A DNA stretch of 64,000 nucleotides, taken from Amphiscolops sp. MND2022 (lineage: Eukaryota). Position numbers and translations under genes: made by a program. The notes under the pieces were generated by a model, which was not told the origin of the DNA, ran no database searches, and was given only the letters and a program-made list of their open reading frames with translations. Positions 12,151 through 24,254 of the stretch are shown here, in pieces; position 1 is the stretch's first letter; each line of letters starts with the position of its first letter. The DNA lies in NCBI GenBank assembly GCA_964187785.1, contig CAXLNC010000509.1, positions 434,001-498,000 on the forward strand. The letters are read 5' to 3'.

Positions 12151-15100
12151 TTATTCGACATCATTCAATGAAGTTACTAAGTTATCTAAATCATTTAAGG
12201 TGATAGGTGATTGAGAGGATGGTGTTATGGGTTCAATACGAATGTGAATTACTGCAGGGGAAAGAGAGAGGGGAGGTAAAGGAGAAGGAGTGTGTATTTG
12301 ACTGGGACATGTGAACAATGGGGGGTACTGCATTGAAAGTAATTATGATAATTATTATATTTATACTACTCTCTATGGCAAAAAATCAAAAAATATACTA
12401 CCCTCAATAGCAGCACAAAGACTCTCTATGGTTCTAGTGAATTTTCGATGATGTCAAATACTGCAACGGAGCAATAACAATTTACTACAAATACTCGAAA
12501 ACGCTTTCGCCAATAGCAAGAACAAATTTTCATATTTTTCTGTTCGAGTCATTACGTTTTAAAACGGTTTTCAGACGCTCAAACATTTTCGATGTACCTT
12601 CTGTGAACTATCAGACTCGCTATGTATCGCAAGCGGAACTGTCGGACGCGAATTGTAAACAAAATGGGAATACAAAATCGAACTAAACTCTCATTGGCTA
12701 ATCGATATATCGTTGAAAGCAACTTCTCTCAACACTATTCCGATCGTGTGGTGGCCGTACAAGCTTGATATGCATCTACAAATATTATTAGACTCTCTGT
12801 GTAGAAAATTGATTTTAGGTTTATTATAAGACTTCCGTTGGGTAAAATGAAGTTACTATTGGAATTTTGTTGGCAAAGGTGATGAACTTCCAACTACTCA
12901 AATCACCTTTTACTCTCAAATTGATAGCTGAAACTTCAGCGATAGCTACAAATTATTATAGCCAAATATAATTCTGCCCAAATTATAACTAAACTGTTTC
13001 AAACTTCGTAACTGACAAAACCAACAATAGCTTCAAAGAAATTGTTTATAAAAAGTTGAACTTCGATATTTTCAATTGAGCCAAAAATTGACATTTTATC
13101 TCTATTGTCTGCTTTTGTGAGTTCAAATTTCAATAAGGCAATAATTCCCCAACCTGATTATTTGAGTTTTCGAGAACGAGTATAGAGTTGTTTGATGAAT
13201 TTCATTCTTTTTTGCGCAAAGTGATCAAATTTATCTTCTAGTTGATTTTGCGATTTCAGTCTCGTTTCGACGATATTGGGTAATTTCGTTGCATGGGGAG
13301 GGTGATACACGGTGTCTAAGTCAGTTGCCACAGCTCTAGAAGTTCGTTTTTGTTTTAAGTCTATGTTTTCAGCTTTTTTTGTCTTTTTTCAGTTCTATTG
13401 AAAATGTCTTGGTTCTCCTGAGAATTCTTTGACAACAAAACAATAGGCTGCAGATCTATTGAGGCGCTTCGAGATGAATGTTTGTTGTCTCAGATACATA
13501 TCTGACGCGTTTCTGCAAAAAAACACACTTTCCCGAGTTGATAAAAGTAATATAACGAGGTTTTTTGTGAAATTTTGGACTATAAACTTTCGGCATAATT
13601 ACCAAACTGTTGATGTATTCCAGCTAGTTCGAGCAAATAAAAGCGTCAATGATGTAGTATAATAAAGCTTCCTAATTGAGGAAATTATCACAGCGTTCTA
13701 ATCAGTAGTTTGCTTGCGACAGTTTCTAGAAATCAACCGCAGCTACTGCCACGCTGTGTCTAATAAAAATTGATCAGCACAAAAACCGAAATGTGATTAT
13801 TTTCCATTATTTCGAGAAAATAAACGCGCCATTGATGTAGTATAATGAAGCTCCTCATTTGAGAAATTAGTTACAGCGTTCGTTCAATAGTTTGTTTGCG
13901 ACAGTTTCTAAAAATCGGGGGTCAAAGTTTGCTCAGATTTGTTGCCTATGCCACTGGAAGTCTAATAAAAAATTGATCATAATCAAAGTCATAAAGTGAC
14001 AATACTTCATTTTGAGCCAGTCGATCGGTCTGGTTTTTTGAACAGGGTCTCACTGAGTTGTGGGGAATCCTTTTCAATGATTGTTTTTTAGGATTTGTTC
14101 CGGATTCTGAGAACAAAAACAACTATTACTTTTTAGGTCTTTCCTCACAATTTCGATATTAAGTTTTTGAGGTTGAAATTTATTCGTTTACTTGCTTTGT
14201 GGAAATCATTGGTGGTATCGAATGGAAAGTCATTTCAACGTTCAACTCAATGGGATGAAAGGTGTCATCTGAACCCTCTTCGTTAACGATTTTAGTCCCA
14301 GTTTTGTCATCAGCACACCAATCTAAGCGCTTTTGCCATGGGAAGTCCTATTGAAATTGATGTTGGTGTTGTGAGTAATTATGGTCGAATCACTATTTTG
14401 ATCAAATTTGTTTCAAAACGCTTGAAGAAGTTTAAATACACAACTGTTATGTGATCAGAACAATAAAAACAATTCTACAAAGTATTGAAATGACATCAGA
14501 ACCCCATTGAACGAATAATGCTGGCCTGAATACTTATGACGTCCCATGCCATAGAGTGTATAATTACGTAATGATTATTCCTTTGTTACGCTGATAGCAG
14601 CGAACTGCGCATATGCATGCACTCTTAATTTTGCTAGGTAGTTAAATTGGTAATACTACCGCTATCGTGGAAAATTCCTATAAAAGCAAATGTCCAAAAC
14701 CACCTATGGCCAAGGGTAAATCGGCTCGCGGACTCTCTATGGTTCCAAAATTCTCGGTCGTTAATGCCATAGAAGAAATAATTGTTATTAGAGCAATTAT
14801 GGGAGGGGATTCGGATTTTTAAAGGGGATAAATGTCTAGGATTCGACTGTGTCGATTTGAATTTACGTAATTTTGAAGGGGGGAGTTTTTTAATAATATT
14901 ATCCAATTCAAGAGTTTGTTGAATAAGTTCATCAAGATGTGTTTCATAAAGTTTTAATGCATCAATATATTGTGCGATTTTCTGTTTATAGACAGCTGTG
15001 TGGACCAGTCGACGGACAGGTGGACCAATTCCATCTAGAGGTAGCTGTGGACGCCTGGGGTGCCGTGGTTTCTTCCGTTGAAGATCATTGGTCAATTGAC

Positions 15101-15434
15101 GGACAGCGGAATATTGTTGAAGATTGGGAGAAGTGGCGACTGCATCTTTGGGGTGAAGAGAAGGAGTGGGGTTGGTCATCGAAACTGGAGATTGAAGAGA
15201 AGAAGAAAGCACTGGAAGAGTAGTTGAAGCAGTTGTTGTCAAGAGAGAAGAAATGGGTGGCAATTGAACAGTAGAGGTTGAAGAAACAAGTGATGCCACA
15301 GACAGAGGGGAAGAAGTATCAGTGGATGAAAGAGCGAACGTCGAAGAAGTAGAAGTGACGGAGAATGGCAGAAAGGAGTCGAGGGGTTGATTATGAAGAG
15401 GATATGCCAGAGTGGAAGGAGGATAAGATGACAT
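12151..15434 (-). pseudogene. Accessory ORF Y of element B, interrupted by the 2.4-kb insert
   Basis: MSSYPPST...DAVATSPNLQQYSAVRQLTNDLQRKKPRHPRRPQLP...RRLVHTAVYKQK...HNCSNNNY | insert | ...IEPITPSSQ...DLDNLVTSLNDVE*. Confidence 0.78.
12354..14777. mobile_element. Unclassified 2.4-kb insertion, probably a non-autonomous DNA-transposon-like sequence
   Basis: Absent from the element A alignment and lacks the purine skew of the flanks. ATAATT duplicated at 12348-12353 and 14778-14783. Imperfect inverted termini TA|CTCTCTATGGCA (12369) and TGCCATAGAGTG|TA (14547-14560). Confidence 0.6.
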
Positions 15435-16145
15435 TACTGAAACAAAATTATGGTTGAGTTATTTTGTATTAATTTTATATATTAATTTTATATAATTCGG
15501 AGCAATTTAATATAGATACAGAGAATGTTGTGATGGAATTTATTGATGTCGGAGAAGAAAAAATATGAGTTGAAAATTGGAAAATTGAAATTCGTTAAAG
15601 TAGTGTGTTCTAGAGATGTTGAAGGAACAAGTGAAAATAGAGAAATTAAAGAAGAGAAAATACTTTTAGAGATAATAGAGTTATGAAAAATTAGGATTAG
15701 GTTGTCAAAACTCATGAAAGAAGAACAAGTGAAAATGTCAAGTGAATAGATCTAAGAACAAAAGGAACTTATAGGAAGAAGTGTCAAGAGAAAAGGGAAA
15801 ATGAATGATATATGTTAATTAGGAGTGAAAAAAATAATTGTGTAAGAAGTCAATGAAAGATAAGATTTAGGAAATGGAAAGAGTTGTTATCAAAGGAATT
15901 GAAATGAGTTCAGGTATGATTGATGAGAGATTTGAAAAGAGATAGACAAGAAGTCTGTGAGAGAGGAAAAGATTCTTAAAAAAGGAGAAAAAATTTCAAA
16001 GTATTGGTATTTATATTTGAAGGTGTGATCGGGAGTAATTACCGAAGTAACTGAAGGCAGGTGAAATTGGTCAGAAATTGGATTGAAAAGAAATAGTGGT
16101 TAGAAATTTGATTTAAAGAAAATTTACCAATAGGAGAGAAGAAAT

Positions 16146-17640
16146 TTAAGATGAAGTGAATTGAGGAGGAGTTTCAAGTAAAACAAGTTTTTTAAGCAAG
16201 TCGTTAACACGTATTGTAGAGAGTGTTAAATTTTGAATATCTGTTGAATGAAGTTGAAGTAAGGATTGGAGATTACGGAATGTGTCAAAAATATGGTTTA
16301 TTAAAACAAAAGGATCGGTATTAGGAGCAATTTCAACATGAGGACGGAGTAGAGTAAGAATTTCTGACACGAATTTGTCAGTAGGGCAGGAGAAAGAATT
16401 GATACAAACGTTAGGATTTGCAGTTTGGAGAACATAAGAAGTAGATGGAGGAGGAATTGTTGAAGGAGGAGCCTGAGAAGGTTCAGGTACATTATTAGGA
16501 GGAGTATGTTTAGGAAGAGACTGGAAAATTTCATCTGAGACATTTAAAGAGAAGTAATTGATTTGTTTTTTTCAAAATGAATGAGGAGAATTTTGCAATA
16601 ATGAAATTGAGTTGGGCGAGAGAATAATGTTTGTGAATTAGAGCTGTATATAGAGAGCGGTAATGATCATCAAGAGCTGCTTCCACTAATTTGTTCATTT
16701 TCGGAAGGAAATTGGGAACGGCATTAGGGATGTGGGTTGGAAGAAGAAAATCATCATTAACATTAAGAGCTTCTTGAGGAACGAATAATGGACGAGAAGG
16801 GTCATGGTATGACGATAGAATGAAATATTGTTTAACAGGGTCATAATTACGAAATGTTCCGATTGTGAAGAGATGGTTTAAGGAAGAGTGAGAGTGGTAT
16901 GAAACTGGAGAAGTAAATTTGTGATTTTGAAAAATGAAATTTTGAGGGTGTTTTTGTTCGAGAAAGAGTTGATAAGTCTCATGGTGAAGTTTTTTAACAG
17001 AAGGAGTTGTGGTTATATCGTTAGGACTAGTATTTAGATCGTGGTGAGTCGGTTTAAGAAAATTAAATTTAAATTGAAAGAAACGAATACGATTATTCTG
17101 CCAAAAAGCGAGTTGTGGTAAGTTTTTGGAAGCATACGCAACATAGTGGTCAAAATTACGATCTTGAGGGAAGCGAAGTAGGGGTCATATATAATGAAGG
17201 GAGATTAGCTTTAAAGTTCGGATGGGTACGGAGGAAGTCATTTGTCATGGTATTGGATTGAGAAGGAGTTTTTATTGGATGAAGAGTAGGCGGTAAGATA
17301 CCAGAATCAATGAAGACAGGATCTTCAAGAATATTATATTTCTTTTTAGGAGGAATTGGATGATTATCGATAGTAATATGAAGATTATTTGGAGGCGGAG
17401 TAGTAGAGTGACGAGTTTTAAGATTAGTAGAGGGTGGTTTAGTGAGAGACTGAGAAGTAGTAGAATTTCCATTTACAGTAGGTTCTGGAGTATTGTTAGT
17501 ATCAAGAGGAAGTGAATCATTGATTGACGAATGACATATCAAGAGTACCAGATTTAAGAGAAAGCGGGGGCGACAAGGAAGCGATGCTTGACAGAAGTTC
17601 TTCCTCTGGATTTATAGTTACCGTTTTGGATTTAGAAAGA
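16146..17640 (-). pseudogene. Accessory ORF X of element B (~490 aa if frameshifts are repaired, unknown function)
   Basis: Long, mostly open frames: EELLSSIASLSPP..., ORF 17156-17542, ...TFRNYDPVKQYFILSSYHDPSRPLFVPQEAL...LVEAALDDHYRSLY..., ...SEILTLLRPHVEIAP...LETPPQFTSS*. Confidence 0.55.
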
Positions 17641-17954
17641 AGAGGAAGGAAAGGTGGGAAGATGTTTAGTATAAATAAACAACTAAGAAAATGATGGTGG
17701 TACAAGTGTGCGTGGTGTGGGTAATAGAAAAGATTATAAATGTAAGTAAGATTTTCGTGAAAAGTTCAAGACAAATGATTTTGAGAAAGTAAGGAGAAGT
17801 GACCAAAAGAGAAGCGAGAATGATGACAAATGAAATGGGAAGTAATTTAAGATAACAGTAATTAGTATGTAAAGGAGGTAAAATAATAATATTCAAAATC
17901 AATTCGTTGGGGATTAAGTTAGGGTATTAATATGCAGGATAGAAAATGATGGAA

Positions 17955-20725
17955 TTAAAAGTTGATAGATTGTTCAGGAGGAAAAGGGCAAGAAGAATAA
18001 ACTTTGACAGGACTGTCAGATGGGTCAAAAATATTATTGACAGAAGTTAACGGGATGTCATTAGTTTTAATTGGCGGCGGAGTAGGGGGTTAAAATTTAG
18101 TAGATTGTCAGAGGTTATGTATGGGGGAATCATTGGACGAATTATCACAATTGGTGTCATCAGGAGGAGGAGAATTATGCAAATATATGGGAGAAGATAA
18201 TGAAGATTTTTGGGGAGGTCGAGGAGAAAGATTATTATGAGGGAGAAGGTGAGAATTAAATTTTTGGAGGTGGGGGTGAAAAATCTTCGGTGTTAGAGGA
18301 TTGTGATGATCAATGGGAAGAGAATGAAGAACAGAAGAAGAAAGAGGTTTGATTGGGGAAGAATTAGGCGAAGATCTTTGCATTGGGGTTTTATTTTTTA
18401 AATTAAGGAGTTTTGTTTTGGTGTTAGTATGATACTTAGGAGGACGAGGTTTGGGACTAGAAGAAATAGTGTGAGTTTTCGCTAATGGGGAATGGGGTGA
18501 ATCTGAATCGTCAGATTTTGATTGTGAATTAGATGATTTAATCTTAGCGGTCATCATGGTTTGGGTAAGAGTTCCAAAGAGACCAAATCCTAAGGCAGTT
18601 ATAACAGAAAATTGTTTTTTAAGCAAATTTCGAACAGTGAATGAACGATAAATACTAAAGAGTGTGTTGAAAGCGAATTGTAAGAAAAGAGCGGTAGAGA
18701 AAAAGATTCCACATTGGGTTAAAATATACCATGGATAGCCAAAAGTTTTATGAAAGCATCGGTAAACCAGTCAGGAGAGAAGAATGGGGTTAGTTTAACA
18801 TGTAGTCGTGAAGACCATTTCGGAGTGATCGGTAAAGATTATCTGGAAAAGAACTGGCAGATTGTTGAATCATAAATTCATAGCTAATACCTTTTCCAAG
18901 GAGTTGAAGAGTAATGTCAGAATGTTTAGTGAATAAACTCGGCTCCAAAAATGTTTTAGTTCCTTTTGAGAATAAATGCCAGCATCTTGAGCAGTGAAGG
19001 TATTAGGACTAATAGCAGTTTGGATTTGGGTTGGTTCAAAAAGGAGAGGGGGATCTTTTTTTATAGGTTGAGGAGTTAAAACATAGTATTGATCGGTATC
19101 TTGGTCAAGAGAAATAACATTTTGAGAATTATTTACACAAGGAATTTGATTGGCATATTCGAAAGTTTGACGTGTAATAGGGTCGACATACATAACAGTG
19201 TCAAGATAATTGACAGAAATTTTGTCATAGCATTGATCAGCAATGTATAAAGGTGAAAGATGATGAGGACAATCATATAACCAGGCAGTAGAGCCTTCAA
19301 CATATAAAAAGTTACTACGGTTTTGGGTTAAGAGGAAACCAACAAGTTGTGGATTTTTAACAGACATGGCGAGGATTGTTAAAAATTGGGTTCGTTCGAC
19401 TTCACATATAGTATGAAGAGTATTAAGTTCAGCAACGGACATGCTTTTAATGACATGATTTATAGAATAGTCAATTTTAGTGTTAATATGAGCTTCGTAA
19501 TCAATGGTGGCAAAATTATTTGAAGAGTTTAGAGCAGGGAAAAGAATTTTGTTTTGGGTATGAATTAATTCTCCAGATATTAACGGGGTAGTAAGTTGAT
19601 TGTATTGTTCATTTTGTGGAAGTTGAAGAGGATTAGGTTTACTAGTATGCATATTAAAACCTTCTTTATATGTTATGAAAAGATCAGGATATTGAGTAAG
19701 ATGTGAAGGAGTGGGTTTATTACAAAACATTTTATTTTCAGGGTAAATTTCAAAACGAGAGAGGCGGGTTTGAGACTTGGTATCGTGATAAGGAGTATCT
19801 GTTGGAATAGTAGAGGAGTGATTATTGAAAAAGTGTTCAGTTTCAAGCCAATAACGGTTTTTGAGCTTAGACTTTCTACCAATAAAGGAAGTAATGGAAA
19901 AGATCAAACAAAGTTCTTCAGGGAACCAAACAATGGTGAATGGTGTTAATATAGTTGGCTTACAAAAACCATCATCGTGGAGACAAGGTAAAGTATGTCC
20001 ATGGTAAATTAGTTTTTTGTCTTTATCATCGTAAGTAATTTCAATTTCTTTTACGATAAGAGACCAGCTATCTTTTCCGATAATGTATTCATAGCGATCC
20101 CAACAAACAGCTTTTTCTCTTAGAGTTGAGTTTAATACTAATTGTGAATTGGCGATCCAAGCAAAAGCACCATAATGAAAGGTATTTAGTTTAGTAATAC
20201 GAAAGGGGGGTTGTTTTGTTTCTAAAAGGCGTTGTTTTTCAATATCATCGAAGAATGTAAAGGAATTGGAGTAATTAAAAGCGTCTAGTTGAGGGTTGTT
20301 AGTTCCGTTCAAATGGCGGATAGCATGTTTGCATTCTGTAGGATCGAGAGTACTGGAAGATTGGGACGTTCCATAGTATTTTGGCGATAATCAGTACGAT
20401 CATGACGACGATATTTGTAATCCGATTGGGCACAGACAAATTTTCCACGTTTTACATAAGCTTCACAGGTCCAAGCTTTAAGACGTTTAGCTTTAGCGCG
20501 AACGAAAACATTGACAATAGCACGGGTACTTTCGAAAGCAGATGGAGCTTGAGCGCATGGTTGGACTCGAGTAAGACTGAACTGTCTTAAATTATGTTGT
20601 TTAAAACAATCGTAGTGAGAGACTAAAAGGTCCGAAATATGATCAGAGGAGGAAGCAATTTGAGAAAAGACTAAGAAAAGGGTAGAAAGAAAATAGAAGA
20701 GCGAGTGAAAAAAGAGGAAATGCAT
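17955..20725 (-). pseudogene. env: env (class III fusion glycoprotein-like) of element B: signal peptide, Cys-rich ectodomain, TM, long tail
   Basis: ORFs 20309-20725, 18870-20312 and 18108-18626 joined by frameshifts. N-terminal signal-like MHFLFFHSLFYFLSTLFLVFSQIAS. Repaired TM region FGYPWYILTQCGIFFSTALFLQFAFNTLFSIY...VITALGFGLFGTLTQ. Confidence 0.88.
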
Positions 20726-20763
20726 TTTAAAAGTGGGCAGTATTTTTCAAAAAGGTGAGGGTA

Positions 20764-22049
20764 TTAAGAAATGTAATGGAGCCGTGTAAAAGACCGAAAA
20801 GGGGGATGGTCGCTGACGAAGAGACTAAGATTTGTAGCAATAAAAGGGTGAGGAAGAGATTTAAAATTAACTGTTGTATGTGAAGGAATGGGGTGAGGAC
20901 TTAAGTTATGAAATTTTACGGTAATTTCAAATTTAAGTTCTAAATTCGTGTCTTCAAGGCGAAGAAATTCTTTACGGCGACGTACATTTGAAAGATGGGG
21001 ATTAGAATTAAGTTTATGGGTGGCAAAGTAAAGAAAGCGAGGATCTTGGTGGGGGCTACTGACAAGAGTGTTGTTTACGATTAAAGGGTAATCAACACGA
21101 TTAGGTGTAGGAGGAGTAGAGTATTGATCAGTAGTAAGATCAATGTTAAGTAAATGACTATCAGATAAAAGAATAGTGGATTTTTGAGAGGTGGGACGAG
21201 AGAAAAGGTGACCAGATTGATTATAAGAAGAAATAGAAGAACGTTGAGAAAAATTAGTGTCAATTCCCGAAGTTGGAGAGTTTTCCGCTTTAGAGAGAGA
21301 GTCCGAAGAAAGAGATTGAGCGTGGTGGCGTAGAAGAGAAGAGTTAGTTCTTGCGAGAGAAGGAGAATGACGACGATTATTGCGAAGATTATATCTATGA
21401 CGAAGCCAAGGGTGAAGAGTAGATTCGGAAATAGTGTCAAGAAGGTTATCCAAAGAAGAAGTTGTATATTTAGAGGCGGAATTTGAATGAGGAAGACGAG
21501 GATAAAGAAGAGAGCAAGTAGTTGAATCGATTTCGCTTAAATCGGACTTCATCTGACGAGAATCAAGAGATTCAAGTGCATGGATTTTGAGAGGTTTAGG
21601 TGGGGGAAGTGAAGGTTGAGAGGCGATATGAGAACAAGTTGGAGGTATTGAAAGAGAATTATCTGAGAGCGTCTGCGAAAAAATTTTATGGAGGTATGTA
21701 TAAGTTTTGGTTTAGGAAGAGTTGGATTATTAATATTTCGAAGGAGAATAGGGTTAATATCACTAGGATCAGGGATATGAAAAGAAGAAGGAGGTGGAGA
21801 ATGGGTAGGGGTTATATTGAAAGGGGAGTCAGTATTGGAAAGTGGGAGAGTTAAAGATGTTTGAGTTTGTTGAGGAATAGTAGTTTTAAGAGGAGTGTGA
21901 GTTGGAGTTTTAACAGGGGTGGTATCTAAAGAGGGGGTGATTGGTATGGGGTCCAGGGGAGGTTGTTGAGGAGTTGGTAAAAAACTTTGTGATGAAGGTA
22001 GAGTATCACTTGAAATAGAAGAAGAGGGTTGAGAAGAAGAATCAGACAA
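20764..22049 (-). pseudogene. Accessory ORF W between pol and env (Ser/Pro/Thr-rich, ~430 aa with one frameshift)
   Basis: ORFs 21549-22049 and 20764-21552. The frame of the second stays open upstream to a T-run near 21680, consistent with one gene broken by a homopolymer indel. Confidence 0.6.
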
Positions 22050-22354
22050 GAATACAGTAAGATCCAGGATGGAAACAAAATGGAGATATATTAAAGACTT
22101 CTATTAAGTATGAAAAGATGAACAAAGATTGATATTGGAAAGGAGCAAAAATGTAAATGGAAAATCGTGAAGAGAGATTTGAGAAAAATACTAATTCTGT
22201 TTTGATGAAATCAAGTTTTGATGAGAGCAACAGTTCAGCTAGATTTCACTACAGTAAAGTGAAGAAAGGTATATAAGATACAGGTACTGATTAGATTGTC
22301 ATGTGTCAGACTTTAATAGAAGTCAAGGACAATACGTAAAAGTAGGAAAGCCAT

Positions 22355-24254
22355 TTAAAAAAATGAATATTTAATCAAGGGGGAGGTCGATGTTTGGTTT
22401 GGATGAATTATAATGTCGAGGAGGGAGTGAACGTAGATTATATGGGGAAAGAGGAGCTCGTTTATAAGTGGATTCATTTTGAGAGTTAGGTGATGGAGAG
22501 GAGGAAATATCAGGAGAATCAGCAACACGAGGGAAGAACTGAGGAAAGGAATCATTTGAGGAGTTTGAATAATAAATGGGGTTTGGAAGCATTTCAAAGT
22601 CAGAGTCGTGAGAATCAATTGTATTATCAAGGTTATCTTGAGAAGAAGAATGCGAAGGGTTGTGGTAGATAGGAGTAGAGGTGGGAAAATTATCTAATTT
22701 CTCTTGTAAGGAAAAATAATGTGAAAAACTTTGATATCTAGGAATAGGAGTGGTAGAATTATTGAATTGTTTAATTTTTGAGGATGTAGAGGTTTGAGAA
22801 TGATTTGAATTGTGTTGTAAATCTAATGAGGAAAATTGAGAAAAGGTATCTTGGTAAGATTCAGTATCGGGGTTTTTAATAAGAGAAAGTGTAGAATGGT
22901 AGTGTTTAATATATGGAAAAATTATAGGTTCTTTGGGATAATATAGTAGAATATGATTTCGATGGGTTTGAACTGTAGAACCATCTTGAGACAGGGGTTC
23001 ATGCGTTACTTCAGAGAGATGGTTAAGTATTTTATGGGCCAATTCGGAGAGGTTTGAGCTTTTTTGAAAAATTAACAGGTTTAAAATTCGTACGGATGAC
23101 AAAAGTATTAAGAGGTAATTGTTTTAAATGAGTTGTTTCGAATGTAGAACTTTGAGAATTGAGTTTATGATTTAAATGGCGGTGGACAGTTGAATATATT
23201 TCCAACATTGCAACTTCAGCCGCTAAAAAACCATGGGGAGATAGGTTTATCAAGGAGTGAGTGGAGGAAGGGATTAAGGTCTTGAGTGCTATAATGTGAA
23301 TGAGGGGGAAGAGACTCACAATAAGTTGCGATACAATTTTTTGAAGCATCACGAGATAGGTTAAGAGAAAAGGTAAGAGGTATACGAGGATGGGTTTGGA
23401 AAACAATCTGATAAGGGGAAAGTTTAAGTTGAGGAAGAGGTGTTGTATTATGGGCATATGCGAACATTTGAGTTTGAACTGACCAGTTAGTAGAAGGATT
23501 TTGTAAAAATTTTTGGAGATGAGTTCTAAGATTTCGGTTTTGAACTTCCACTAAACCGTTTGTCCATGGCGAGTAAGGAGTTCGAGGTGAGTGATTAGTC
23601 TGGAAAAGAGAACATAGATGAGCCATATCTTGATTGATATTCAGTACCTCGGTCTGTAACTAGGTATTGAGGGGGACCAAACTTTGTGATCCAGTGATGG
23701 AGGAGGGTTTGAATTGCTTATTTGGAAGTAATATGAGGAACAGGGTTAGTAACAACAGAGTGACTAAATGCGTCAATAATTAAAAAAATATAGGAGTTGT
23801 TTTGAGATGATGGAGCAATAGGGCCTTTAGTGTCCATGGAGATCCGGTAGTTGAAGTGAGTAGCACTCTCGTAAAAAGGAAGGGGAGGAGAAATGTTTTG
23901 GGGTTTAATAGGGAAATGTTTATTAGTTTGACATTCAATGCAGTCATGGATGAAAATAGAGAACCATGAAGGTAAATGAGGGACAAAATAAAATTGGTTA
24001 AATGTCTTAATAGAGAGTTTTTCACCTGAATGACCATGATAATGTGTTTTACTAAATGCAGCATAAAAGAGTTTAAATGGTAAACATATACGTGTATGGT
24101 TAAAAGAGGGTTGAGTTTTAATAAAGATTTCTTCAAAAAATCGAGAGTTAGGTGTATTATACTGAATAAGATGAGAGTTTGGATCAATATATAAATGTTG
24201 GAATTGTCTATAATATGTATATAAAAAGGAGTTTGCTTTAATACCTGGAGTCAA
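22355..24254 (-). pseudogene. Integrase of element B with GPY/F-like module and long low-complexity tail
   Basis: HYHGH...CIEC zinc finger, RISMDTKGP, IIDAFS, SPWTNGLVEVQN (catalytic E), KKLKPLRIGP. Frameshifted. Confidence 0.92.

Noticed and set aside
20470-20505. RAKAKR as a furin cleavage site in Env
   Set aside because: It does not fit R-X-K/R-R and lies inside the predicted N-terminal folded region.
21549-21552. ATGA stop-start overlap between ORFs 21549-22049 and 20764-21552
   Set aside because: The downstream frame is open well upstream of the ATG, so a single frameshifted gene is the simpler reading. The same applies to the 20309/20312 overlap in env.
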